From NCBI RefSeq assembly GCF_009914755.1, contig NC_060936.1: DNA of 64,000 nt; one strand, 5' to 3'. Below, piece after piece: positions 44,436-57,100 of this stretch (position 1 is the stretch's first letter; every line of letters starts with the position of its first letter). The notes beneath the pieces were generated by a model, which ran no database searches, was not told where the DNA came from, and saw only the letters and a list, made by a program, of their open reading frames with translations. Made by a program: the position numbers and the translations under genes. This stretch comes from the human T2T-CHM13v2.0 reference genome, Homo sapiens.

Positions 44436-45906
44436 TGATGGCAGCAGCTGCTCCAGACAGCCTTACGCTGCCATCACGCTGGCTGCAGCAAGGAGGCACA
44501 GCCGGGGCTGCATGCTCCGGGGAGCGTGTGGGAGCCAGGGACAAGTGGGAGCTCTGCCTTTTCCGAGTTGGGGTAGGAGCTCCCCAGGTGCACTGCAGTC
44601 ATCCAAGCCACGGCTACAGACTCAGACCTCCCAGGCCACTCCTGCTCCATGGAGCAGGCAGGAGCTGCCCCCTCGCATTTCCCCACACAGCTGCAGTTGC
44701 CCAAACCACAGCTGCAAGCTCAGGCATCCCTGTACCCTTGGGGGCCCAGGAAGAGCTCCTGCCCTCACAGGCTCAGAAGTGCCTACTCCCACTGCCTGGC
44801 TTCTCCCTGCTGTTGGCTTCCGCTCTAATCTTGGAGCAAAGTCAGTGCTGAGCCCAGGTGCCAAGAAGAGCAGCAGGAGGCAGACAGATTCCTGGGCCGA
44901 TGGGATGGATGCCTGGTAAGGATGGGGTTGACCAGCAGCAGAAAGGAGCTACCCACTCTAGGGCCTCCTTTCTGCTGAGCACTTTAGAGACTTGCAGGGA
45001 CATCAGGACTGCCAGCTGCAGAAAGGAGCAACCCACTCCAGGCCCTTCTGTCTGCTAGGAGCTGGGGAGATGATGAGAGGGCCTGCCTGCAGAGAAGAGC
45101 AACCCACTCCAAGGCCTCCTATCTGGGAGATCTGGGAAGATGATAGGACAACCTGCCTGCAGAGAGGAGCTTCCCACTCCAGGGTCCCCTCTCTGCTAGG
45201 AGCTAAACACTAGGGGCGCCCTGGCTGCAAAAAGGAGCTACCCCCTGAGGGTCTCCTGTAAGCAGTTCTATTGCTCAATAAAACTCCTCTTCATCTTGGC
45301 TCACCCTTCATTTTCTGCATACCTCATTCTTCCTGGCTATAGGAGAAGAACTTGGGACCTGCCAACTGGCGGAGCTAAACAAACTACAACACAAGCAGGG
45401 CTGAAACCTGCCCATTGCTCACCATGTTGCAGGCATAGAGAAGGAGAGAATAGCTGTGGCCCCTGGGGGAGCCCAGACCTGGGAGCTCCCTGAGCCAGGG
45501 ATGTGACTTCCTTTTTGGTGTCCTGCAGTGCCTAGCATCTTCAAGCTTTCGGGTGCCACTGAATTCCCCGGTGCCAGCCAGGGAAGCTGCTTGTGGTGCG
45601 TCTGGTCCAGCCATAGCCTTGCGGAGAGCTGGTACCTATGCCAGCACCCTGAGCTGCCCACCCTGCTGCAGCAGCCAGCATGTCTGACTGCACAGTGGCT
45701 GGATCTCACGCTCACACACCCCTCACCACTTCATACCTGATTCACCCTTGGCAGGCGTGGGATGCAGGCTGGTAGCATGAGAAAAGTGCAGCCTGCTAGG
45801 CCAAGCGGATGGAACGAGCCCAGCAGGCCCTAGCAAACTCAGGAAAAGGTGCCACCGGCCAGAGGTTTCAGGCCAGAAAAAGCGGCACCCCAAAGATCCT
45901 GTAACA
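44436..45906 (+). mobile_element. ERV1 long solo LTR (MER52-like), 1471 bp
   Basis: TG...CA ends, perfect 4-bp TSD CTAT, GC-rich, internal ~60-bp repeats (ctgcagagaggagc.acccactc) at ~44935-45260, AATAAA at 45277-45282. Confidence 0.85.
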
Positions 45907-46510
45907 CTATTACCTACAACTACTAAGGAGTTTTTACAGGAATAAAATATATTTTTATGACAAATTCAACATTCTATTTTCCTATCTTCTGAAAATAAAA
46001 ATAGGCAAAGACATTGGAATACTAAGAGTTGGCAAACTTTTTTTTCTACTTTGTACTTTAACTTTATTGAAACAACCACTGTTGCTTCTTAGTCTGTGCA
46101 GCCACTTTGCATTTTGGATGCCCGTATATAGCAAAGAGTACTCATTTAAGTAGGTATTTTGCTTGTTTGTTTGCTTTGTATCCTTAATTAAGAGCAACAA
46201 GAGGCAAGCTCTCTGGGTTTTGTGAAGCTATCTTTGTTCCCTTGGTCCCCCCACTCCCTCAACCCCTTCTTCAACCTGAGGACATTCTATCAGTGTCTTT
46301 ATGGGGTGGCAGGGGGCTGTTGCTGAATCATAATTAGGAAGAGGTTTACGTGAGTGATATCTCTGACTGTTATTCATCATGAAGTTACTAAACACATTCA
46401 AATTTGCTTCACTCCACTTTTGCGTATTGAAAATACAAGGTGAAGGAAAATAGAATGTGTAGACATTTTATACTGCAAGACAACCAATGCTTTTTTTAAA
46501 TCTCTGGGGA

Positions 46511-46898
46511 TGATATGGTCTGGCTCTGTGTCCTCACCCAAATCTCATCTCAAATTGTAATCCCCACAATCCCCCTGTGTCGAGGGAGGGATTTGGTGGG
46601 AGGTGATTGGATCATGGGGGCAGTTTCCCCCATGCTGTTCTCATGATAGTAAGTGAGTTCTCATGAGATCTGATGGTTTTACAAGTGTTTGACAGGTCCT
46701 CCTTCACATGCACTCTCTCGCCTGCTGCCATGTAAGACACGCCTTGCTTCCCCTGTGCCATCGGTCATCCGCCATGATTATAAGTCTCCTAAGGCCTCCC
46801 CAGACATGAGGAACTGTGAGTCAATTAAACCTCTTTCCTTTATAAATTACCCAGTTCGGGGTAGTTTCTTTATAGCAGTGTGAGAACAGACTAATACA
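46511..46898 (+). mobile_element. THE1D/MSTA-like MaLR solo LTR
   Basis: tgatatggtctggctctgtgtcc...gactaataca; perfect 5-bp TSD GGGGA. Confidence 0.9.
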
Positions 46899-47534
46899 GG
46901 GGATGCTTGGTAAGGTTAAGAAAAGGAAGAAATAGGTTAAAATGAGAAGCAAAATTGAAAATACTTCCCTATTTATGAGGGTGTAAGAACTTATAGTACA
47001 TTACCAACACAGGATCTGTCTGGGTTTTGAAAAATTTCAAAATTGGTTACAACTATTTTTTTTTTCCTGAAATGTATTCCTGTCTGAGAGCTGTGGGACC
47101 AACTAAATGACTACACCATCCATTTCTGCATTCTGATTTTATGACAAGGCACATTCCTTTAATATTCTTAACCTAGTATATACATTTAAATCAGGCCCTG
47201 AAGCTTTTCACCTATATTACAAATAATAAATAGTACATGTAAAATGTCCTATGTATTAGGCAAACAAAAACATCCTATGAAAGTGAACATAATAGCCATA
47301 TCTACAACTATTAATCATACAATATTTTCTTTTGGTTAAAGTTACAATTTGCCCCAAAAGTAATAGCTCTAGGTATGTACGTTTTTTCTTTATATCTGAA
47401 ACAGAAGTCTAATAGGCTTGCCATCAAAATATAATAAAGATGATCATTTCAGTGCCAGGTACCTCGTGGTAGCGCTTGTTACACAAATTTTAGGAAATGC
47501 CTAAGCAACGAAACAATTTGAGAGAATTACTTAC

Positions 47535-47596
47535 CCTCCCTTAATGTAGTCAAGGAATGAAACTTCTGTTTCTACCAAGAAAGAGAGTAAAGTTAC
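47535..47596 (-). CDS. CPNE8: CPNE8 exon, 62 nt, C2B end/linker VTLLSFLVETEVSFLDYIKG(G)
   Basis: tttttcag|GTA ACT ... GGA GG|gtaagt; phase 0 in, phase 2 out; copine SFLDYI motif. Confidence 0.95.
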
Positions 47597-48607
47597 CTGA
47601 AAAAGAAAAAGACAGAATTACCTTCTAGTTGTTTGTGACCCCAAATAGACCTTTCTAATTATTAGAGAGAAAATCATATTTCTTTGCATTTTGAAACTCA
47701 CTAAAGATATTATTTTTTATTAACATCTGCTAGGACTGATTGTTCTTACATTTTAAATTATCTGAAGGAAAGGGACCAAAAAAATTAACCAATGTCTTTC
47801 TATGACCAGTTTACTTCCTTTGAAGACCAGCATGAAAATTATCTACAAGGACATTGTGTTACTTCCCATTTTAGATAAAAGGAAAGATGAAAGGGAGTTG
47901 GAAAATGGTTAAAACCAAAAAACCAAAATCAGTGAGCAAAGCCTTCAAGAGGAAATGTGTGTTTTCAGTCAGGATTCTGTAACGAGCTCATCTAATATTT
48001 TAACTGTCTTGCTTTATAGAGATCTTTAAAAGAAAATTGAGGGAAAAGTTAGATTTTGCTACTCCCCAAAAAAGTTTACCTTAAGAAAAAACTCTGCAGT
48101 ATTTTTTCTTAAAATAGGATGATATTGATTTTTTTATATTTTTTGATACATCTTTGCCTTCTGTACTGATTTAGTACACCATTCCCACAGAGTTGTCAAT
48201 TTTACTGAGCACATACACATCCCACGAAACGAGTCTTACTTATTAAGTATAGCCTATAAAGAGTATAGTATTTCTTACTACCACTTGTGTTTTTTACATC
48301 TGCCTGATTCATTATACTTGGATTCCACTGAATGAAGAGTTCATAACAAAACTTCAGCCTCTCTCAGAGGCCTTGCAGCCCCTAGGATAATCTACAAGAA
48401 GCCAAGTCACTACCTTCTATAAGGTATTCTTGATTACAATCTGTCCCCTGAGAAGTTGATTTTTCTATTGTGTTCCTTCATATTAAAACCCTGAGTGAAA
48501 CACAGCTCAGTTTTTTTAATTGCTTCCAGTAGGATTAAAGATGCCATCTACATATATGCTTATTCATTTATTTTAATCTTTAATAAATAACATAAAATTT
48601 GACTTAC

Positions 48608-48661
48608 TGTTCCAGAATTAGTATATTTTTTCTTTTTTCCTTTCTTTTTGGGATTCACCAC
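48608..48661 (-). CDS. CPNE8: CPNE8 exon, 54 nt, polybasic segment VVNPKKKGKKKKYTNSGT
   Basis: ctttttaag|GTG GTG AAT ... GGA ACA|gtaagt; phase 0/0; typical copine NPKK...KYxNSG motif. Confidence 0.95.
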
Positions 48662-49645
48662 CTTAAAAAGCAGATAAAACAATTAAAATGTGTTAGGTTT
48701 TATACCGAAGTTTTATATTGAATTTTTAAAAATGTGAAGTTTAACCTGCTGCCTTCCCTTCTTATGCATGTATTCATTTACAAATGCTTTCAGTATGACT
48801 TTGGACAGTCATTCAGTCAAAACTTCTCTGCAAAAGTTAATAGTGACTATCTTTTAAAAATGTTTTGTCTGTAATATTCTTCTCACCTGTACATATTGAT
48901 TACCCTTAACTATGGTCACGTTCTTGATATGATAGAGACCTTTAACATCTAATGTCCTAACTAATGATTGCTTTATAGAAAAATGATGGGTTGTTAAAGA
49001 ATATTCAAGTGACATAACTTTAAAAATTAAATACACTAACATAGCAAATCATCCAATGTGTGAATATTTAAAGGATCTATTGACCTCACTATTGCTTTAT
49101 AATGTTAGTAATTTCCACCAGTTTCCCATGCTACATAATAATTGGTAAAGGTCTGCTTTGTAGACATAAGATTGGCCTTTCGACTATTTGATCCATAAGT
49201 AAATAAGATTGCACCTCTATATTTCATAAGATATTAGGGGATATAGGGAATATTAAGATAAATAAGACCTGCCGATCTAATGGGATAAACGTAATACATA
49301 ATTGCCTGAGGAGAGACTTCTTCAGATCATCTCAATCCAAAATATGGAGAAAGCCTTTGACAGGAAAAAAAGATGAAATCGTTTATGAATAAGTATTATT
49401 TGAACCACAATTTATTAACTTAAACTAAGGCTTCAATTTAAAATAAATAAATAAACACACCATTCTAGAAAGAAGAAAAAGCAACTGACCCAGGTTGGCT
49501 GGGGCAGAGAGCCCACACAACCGGATCAGAAGTGAATCTGAAAAAATAAGCTGAGGCATGTTAGGGAGATCCTTAATCTTGGCCAGGGAGTTTGGGTGTT
49601 ATTTAGTTGATGTTTAAATAGGAGAATGATATAATAGGTCTACAG

Positions 49646-49906
49646 CAGCAGTCCTCAACCTTTTTGGCACCAGGGTCTGGTTTCATGGAAGACAGTTTCC
49701 CCACAGATGGGGGTGGGGAGGATGGTTTCGGGATGATACTGTTCTACCTCAGATCATTAGGCATTAGATTCTTATAAGGAGCACACAGGAGGCAGAGCTC
49801 AGGCAGTAATGCTCCCTTGCTTGCGGCTCACCTCATGCTGTGTGGCCCAGTTCCTAAAAGTCCACAGGCCTGTACTAGGCTGTGTCCTGAGGGTTGGGGA
49901 CCCCTG
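49646..49906. mobile_element. hAT-Charlie DNA transposon (MER1B-like)
   Basis: TIRs cagcagtcctcaacc / ggttggggacccctg and perfect 8-bp TSD GTCTACAG. Confidence 0.9.
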
Positions 49907-50794
49907 GTCTACAGGATAGAGTTGTAAGGGGAGAAAATGAAGGCAACAGTTAGGGTCCTATTTTTAAATTTTCTATGCAAGAAGTAATGAATCATTAAAT
50001 AAGGAAGCCCCATTAAAAACGGCTCACCAAAAAAAAAAAAACAAAACTTTAAGACAACAGAATAAAGTACGTTTTTCAGATTTAAGTAGAAAATCTAAAG
50101 GAGAAATTGGTCATCCATTCATTCATTCCACGTATTATTTATTGTGTATTTCAGAAAGCCCTAATTGAACAAATTCTACAGGAAAACATGCACCAGTAAG
50201 GATGTTGGGCGTCACTGGCAAGATCACAAATTTTTCAGATGGTTCAATGGTTATTCTATTAAATATGGAGCAGGTTGTTTGGAGGAGAAAGGTAATGTTT
50301 GATCTTGAGATTTGAAGAATTCCGCAATTCTTCCAGATAATTTGAGGAACAAGCACTCTGAACAATATATAGGAAATCAATGAATAAAATTAATTCAATC
50401 AAAAGTTTGAAAATAAAAAGTTCAGTGATACATTTTTCTCGAAAAACCATATTTCAGCATTTTTCCACCTACAAATCATTAATCTAGCATTATGCCTTTG
50501 GTTTAGAAGAGGTTTTTCCTAAATTTTAGGAGTAACTTTTTAGTAGAATTTCATAAGCATCTTTCAGTTCATATGAGTCTTTTTGCTGTCAGCACATCAT
50601 AATGCACTATTGTCACAGAAAAATTACCTCATGATTTGGTTTTAAATTACATAATTAAATTTAATTGCATAAAGATGTTTTCATTTAATCATATAGGACC
50701 ATTTCAATTGCCAATAATACATCCGATGTAACAATAATAAAGTTATGTAATATATAAATACAGTAGCATCCGTCACTTCTAAAACTAAATAATG

Positions 50795-52510
50795 GACTAG
50801 GGAAGTCACTTTAGAATGATAGAGTAAGGCCCTCTGCAAAGTTGCTTGTCCATAAAGACAATGAGAACACTAGCAAAAATTGTCAAAATCAAATTTTTTC
50901 ATGAATCTGGAAATTAATCAAAGGCTTGCAAAAATCAGTGATCACTCATTCAAGACAAAGAGTAAATCTCACTATGTCATTTTAACTTGCTTTACTGCAA
51001 TCCTACTTTTCCCAGCTCTGTATGTAGCAGCATTGAAAACCGTCAGCCTAGCAACTACAGTGGCTGTGTAAACCAACAGTTTAAAAGCCATTGGAGGGGA
51101 CAGAATGGGTATAAAGTTCTTCAAAAAGTGTTTCAGGTAATGAATATGGTAATTATCCTGATTTGATCATTACACAATGTATATATGTATTGAAACACCA
51201 CACTGTACACCATTAGTATTTACAATTAACATGTGTCAATTAAAAACAAAACTTAAAAAAAATGTGTCTTTTCTAGAGAATTGTCATTAACTGACTTATA
51301 TGGAAGCTTTCTGGAAAAGCTCCATTCATAGGGCTTGGGCTTGTCATTATTTGACTTAACTCAAAGCCTGCTCAGAGGGAAATGCCCTATCTCCAGGACA
51401 TTTGTTGAAAGTAGTCAGTTGCAGGTGTTTAACAGCGTATCTGCTGGAGGTGATGATATAATCTGAGGCAAGTAAGAGGCTAACTCAAAAACCAAAAAGG
51501 AAGATCTAGAGAATGAGATGCTTATCGGGGGCTTTTAAAAGCTCTGGCATATTGCTGGAAATCTAGAAGCCCATGCCCTTTGAAGGGGTGTACACATGCC
51601 CAAGGAAGATCTAGGGAATTCTTATCTCCGTCCAACCTCAAGTCTCTGCTCAAACAACAAGTGAAAGCTAAGGCAGGACTTTACGTTGTTGGAGCATATA
51701 AGGAGTGCCCAAATGTATACAAATCTCTGTCAAAATATCTGCTGATCACGGAGCTAACCAAGCAAAGACTTCAGCAGCCCACATGACAAAGAATAACAAT
51801 TTTATAGAATTAGTCCATGAAAATCACTGAACAAAGAGCAAAAAACACAAACTTTGGAGAAGCTGGAGGATCTGATTTCCAATGTGCTGCATTATATTAT
51901 TTAAAGTTTCCAGCATTCAACAACAACAAAAATAAGATATGCAAAGAAACAGGAAAGTATAGCCCACACTTTTCTATACATAGAAGAAAGAAGTCGACAG
52001 AAATTGTCCCTGGGGACTTGCAGATATGGGATTTATTAAACAAAATCTTTAAATCAGCTATTACAAATATATTGAAAGAAGGAAATCATGCGTAAAGGAT
52101 GAAAGTATGAAACAGTTCCTTACCTAACAGAAAATATCAAAAATGAATCAAAATTACATAAAAAGGAGCCAAACAAGAATTCTCAACTTGTAAAGTACAA
52201 CTGAAATGAAAAATTCACCAGAAGGGTTCGACGGAACATTTGAGCTGGCAGAAGAAATAATCAGTAATTTTGAAGATTTGTCAACTGAGATTTTCCTGTT
52301 TGAGGAACGAAACAAAAAAAGAAAAACAAAACAAAACAAACAAACAAACAAAAACAAAAAAACAGAGCCTAAGAGAACCATGGGACACCATTAAGCATAA
52401 CAACATAAGTAGAATGGTAGTACCAAAAAGAGAGAGGAGAAAGAGAAAGTGGCAGAAATAATTATATGAAGAACTAATGGCTGGAAATTTTTTTGGTTGC
52501 TTGATAAACC
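50795..52510 (+). mobile_element. Old L1M 5'UTR/ORF1 fragment with nested short L1MA-like 3' end (~51130-51262)
   Basis: ORF1-like peptide MKNSPEGFDGTFELAEEIISNFED; nested cctgatttgatcattacaca...tgtcaattaaaa; boundaries approximate. Confidence 0.65.
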
Positions 52511-53179
52511 TGAATCCCTTGCACAAGTGCAGATAATAAAGTTTGTAATGTATTGGACCCAAGATTGTCCATTGAACTCCTAAAATTACTTGTACATAAT
52601 TCATAATGGTCTCCTAGATTTTCTTCAGACTGATCTCTTCTTTTGAAAATATGCATAATAAGAAAACATTTATATTTGAAGTCATGGCCTTACAGGGTAT
52701 TTAAGAACACATAAACATTATTAAGCTTCTTTGTCATCTCATCAGATGTGGCACCAGTCTTGTCAGTTAGCAAGCTTTATTGGACAAGAGAGTCTGGGGA
52801 CTGACTGAAACCAGTGATGAGAAAATGCTACAAAAGCTAGAGAAACTAAAAGTGGTTAATCTCTGGAGTATTATATGCTGACTAGCAGTAGATGATGCCT
52901 AAGTACAAGGAGAACTAGTGTGCATGTGTGGTTCTTCCTCAGCCTTGATGTTAGGCAGACAAAATAGGTATTTACGTAATTACAACCTGTCTTATATGAT
53001 TTATTTCCTGTTTAGAACCTAAATATTCTTTCCTTGAAAGACCCAGCTAAACTAATGCATAATCTTTGTCTCTTTCTGACTGAGAAATTTTCTTGAGCTG
53101 AGTTTGGCCCCTCTGTAATAATTTCATAGAGCACTAAGTATACTACTATATAGAGCACATATCTATCTACACAAAACAT

Positions 53180-53305
53180 ATTTTATATCTGTCTCTCCCA
53201 TTAGGTACTGAAATTTATATTCACCTCTGTATCCCCAGGGCCTAACATAGAACATAAAATATAGAAACTACTTAAAAAATTGTTTTGTGAATGAATAAAT
53301 AAATG
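53180..53305 (+). mobile_element. L2 3' end
   Basis: ttcacctctgtatccccagggcctaacatagaac...tgaatgaataaat. Confidence 0.55.
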
Positions 53306-54045
53306 CTGGAATAAAGTGGTAGAAGGAGATTTCTCACTCTCTACTTAACAGAGGCCAATTTTAGCATCAACCTGGAAGGGAAGTATTACCATTCTTGATT
53401 AAATACTGAGATATTCTCCTTTGGTATCCACATACGTTAAATTTTAAAGTTAAAGGAAATGTACAGATGCCATAGCTCAAGGAATAACAGTGCTAGAACA
53501 TACTATATGCTCAATACATATTTGGTGATTAACTGGCACAGTGGTGTTAGGCAGAAATAACTACAATGTGTCTGCTTTAACAACTTGGATTTCTTTAATG
53601 GCTGCATATTACCTTGTCATTCCCTTCAGTCTCCACCTAAACGGTAGTGAAGGTGCTCAGATATATATGCAGACCACAGCTCATTTTATAACGCCACACT
53701 GACACCACAAAAATGCTAATCTTCTTCTTTATTAGGAAGAGATGGAAGAGGAGGTTGGTAAAAAGGCAAAACATAAAGGCTGAAGCTTAAGAAACAATAA
53801 ACTTATATCCATATTTTTAAAGTAAAATGCTTTATACACAAGAATTAAAAATCAAAAACATTTAAATGTGACTTGAAGAAGTAATATCATTGAATCTAAA
53901 AATGTCTGCTCAACAACTTCAAAGATTCTTACATACACTGATACTTAGTTAACCTTTGGCAATTATGCTTTGCAGAATCCACACTTTTAAAGCACAGATT
54001 TATTTATTCTAGAAAAAAACAATGGTAAAATAAAATGCCTCTTAC

Positions 54046-54121
54046 CTCATATACGTTGAATTGTGACTGCCCTCTAGAAAGTTCCCTATAGCTTGTTGTA
54101 AATTCTCCAATGAAATCATGA
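54046..54121 (-). CDS. CPNE8: CPNE8 exon, 76 nt, C2B domain: (S)[25 protein letters not shown]
   Basis: ttttag|T CAT GAT ... TAT GAG|gtaaga; phase 2 in, phase 0 out. Too short for the ORF track. Confidence 0.95.
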
Positions 54122-57100
54122 CTAAAATTAAAGGAAAAAAAGTACATAATATTGGCTTTCATATATTTGTCAACTGTATTTTAAAGTTTTTAGAAAGGTT
54201 TAATCATTATCAAAAAAATGCTTGATATTATTATGAATATAAATTAATAATTTACAAAATATTTAAAAGGACTAATACATAATTACATTGTTCATTAATC
54301 TAAAATTATGTATGCCGGACAATTTCATTAATATTCAAATGTTTAATTTATTCCACCAATATTAACATTTCAAACAGGTATACTAGTTTTGATAACACAT
54401 TTCTCAAAACTGTTAAATCATCTATTATTCAAATGATTAATTAACTAGGATGAAAGTTAGAGACTACACTAATAAATTTATTATTGTCCATATCTATGGA
54501 TATATATTTTTAAAATATAATAATTTAAGAATCTTCAAACTTTCCTATGGCCAGAGTGTAATAGGATGCTATTTTAAAAAGTTATAACATATTAATATGT
54601 GTAATAGTCACTACACTTTTTTTCTATAATAGTTAATAAATATTTTATCAATAACAACATGTTAATTCAGAATTTCTGCACCTTGAAGTAATCATCACTA
54701 CCTTCTCAGGTGTCTTCTCAGTTTAGGTGAGGAGGGGTAAGGATTGAGTAAACATGTATTAGTTCTAACTAAAAAGCTTTCATCAACTGAGGTTGACCTG
54801 TGCAACTACAAAAACATGCTAAACATTCAGCAATCTAGAGCAGACTCATATTCTACCCCTTTGAGTTAATTTAATGGCCAGTGCTAAGTTGAACACACAC
54901 TGCTGAGAAGTAAGTACAAACTGCTGGTATTCAGTGCAATGGTGAAATGTAGCACGTTAGAAGAATATACAGATTGTAGGAGTGAAAGCAATATAACAAA
55001 CATAAGGGATGTCACAGTAGCCATTTGTATAATAGAATTTAAGCTCTGCCAATTTGTTTTGCAAATGCAAGCTATTCCTTGCCATAAAACTGAATCGCTT
55101 AAAATCCATGAAACTTTTATGGACCTTGCAATCAGTAACAAGCAACATACAAGTGGTGTTTAACCAATGAAAATACCAGTTTTTAAAGACAGGATGTGGA
55201 GGGGTAAAAATGTTATCTGCCCTTAATTTTAGTAGAGTTTTTGCAATAAAAAAATGTTTTTAAAGAACTTATTTGAGAAAAAACTTACTTAGGTATCCAG
55301 TCCTTTATTCTCCCTAAACTATCTTGTATATACTAATATTTCATGGTATTTTATGTGAAACATTACTCTTTATATCAATAGCATTTTGACCTCTTCTAGA
55401 TTTAAATTTCAGAAGCAGATTAATATGAATATGTTAATAGCAAAAAGAATTGTAGGCTCTGATATATTCCTATTTATGAACCCAAACTTCTAGAACTCAC
55501 TTTCAAGTTACCCAGGGAAAAATCACAAAACAGCACTTTAGTGTTACACACTACTTTTGGATTAGTACAATTCGTATGAAATCCGGTAACATTGGTTTAA
55601 TCAGAACACATAAAATAATTCTCTTTGACCTTCAAAAGTGCAAGTATATACTCATGATTTATTTCACTGCACTCTTAAAATTTTCTGAATTATGAAGGTT
55701 TTTTTTTAGAATCCATCCTCCTCCATTGCTATGCAAGTTTCAGATATCTTAATAACCACTGAGATAAAAGGTTCTATTAGAGCACTTCAAACACAACGCT
55801 TTGATATCGATAGTTGTAGAGGAGGCTTATATAAACAGAGCTCACCACAGCAGTGGTGGGAACCTAACATAGGGGCCTTAAAAATGCCTGAATCACTTAA
55901 GCCCTTGTGATCATTTTCTGACTGTGCTAAACTTACCCATGCTTGGTTAATTATCTCAATCCAATGTTCAACTCTTAATTGTTAACACTTAATTTCTGCC
56001 ACACAATGCTTATCAAAAACATGGCAGAAAGAAGTGATAATTCACTGGTCTTGAGTAAATCCAATTTCTCCTCCATCTGGATAAAGTCAGTCTGACAGAA
56101 TAACAAATCCCGACCCAACTGCAATGGTCAGGTTTGCCAAACTACACATTGACTTGCCTGTGTTGAAGTCATTGGGGAACTTTGAAGCAGTTCTTTGATA
56201 TTTGGTTCTCTTTTGTTCTAGTTAAATTTGTAAGCCTCTACAGAATTGAGCAGTGAACAACAGGTCTACGACAATCTCTTTGGTCTCAGGACTAGGAATC
56301 TGTGTTTTTGTGCTGCCCACTTATATTTTCTGTTCTGAAAGGACCCTTTTTATCATGAAAGGGAGAAAGCTTTCTCCTCTGCATTAGTGGTTAGAGAGCT
56401 TACAGCTAAAGTCTCTAGCAAGACATGTCTTCATGACATACTGTCCTCTGCAGACTTTTCAGATTTCTCACCCTATATTACTCCTTTGTTTCAATGTCCC
56501 CAGCCAATTTAGTTTACTCTCATATTACAAGCATCTCTATAAGCTGCCTTGGATCCTTTTCAGAATAAGATAGAACATACATAAATGAAACAATGAATAA
56601 AATATTAGTCCTCCTTTCTAAATCTTGTTCAAGATGATTATTTTGAACAAAACACTGAATTTGCATGTCATGTAAATGCAATGCTATCCATGTGTTGTAG
56701 AGGAGAAAGTATGTTGATCACATATTGCATTTCAGCCTCCAACATAACATTTCTGTAAGACTAAGAAAACATATTATTGCATCCATTCAGCATCTAGAGA
56801 AGTAGATGATCCAGCAGTGAGGATTTGCTAAAAGTCATAAACATAAGGCAGTATATGGAGATAAAAATAAAATAGCCAACCCAAGCTATAAGATGCATTG
56901 TCTCAAGAATATATCTGAAGAATCTGGGTAGATAAGTAGATAGATTCTCAGGCCAATTTTGTTATAGATCTCTTTTAATACATGGATATTTTTATACTTT
57001 CTAACCTTTGTAACCTGTCTGACTTCAAATACTATACATTAAATCACAGATACTTACTCTAAAGAGAATATTAAAGGTATTTTTCACTGATTTTTATTAT

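Noticed and set aside
44935-45260. Spaced direct repeats superficially like a CRISPR array
   Set aside because: Degenerate tandem units inside an ERV LTR in a primate intron; spacers are not unique and there are no cas genes.
44390-45740. Cluster of overlapping ORFs up to 153 aa on both strands
   Set aside because: Expected from low stop density in a GC-rich LTR; no recognisable domain.
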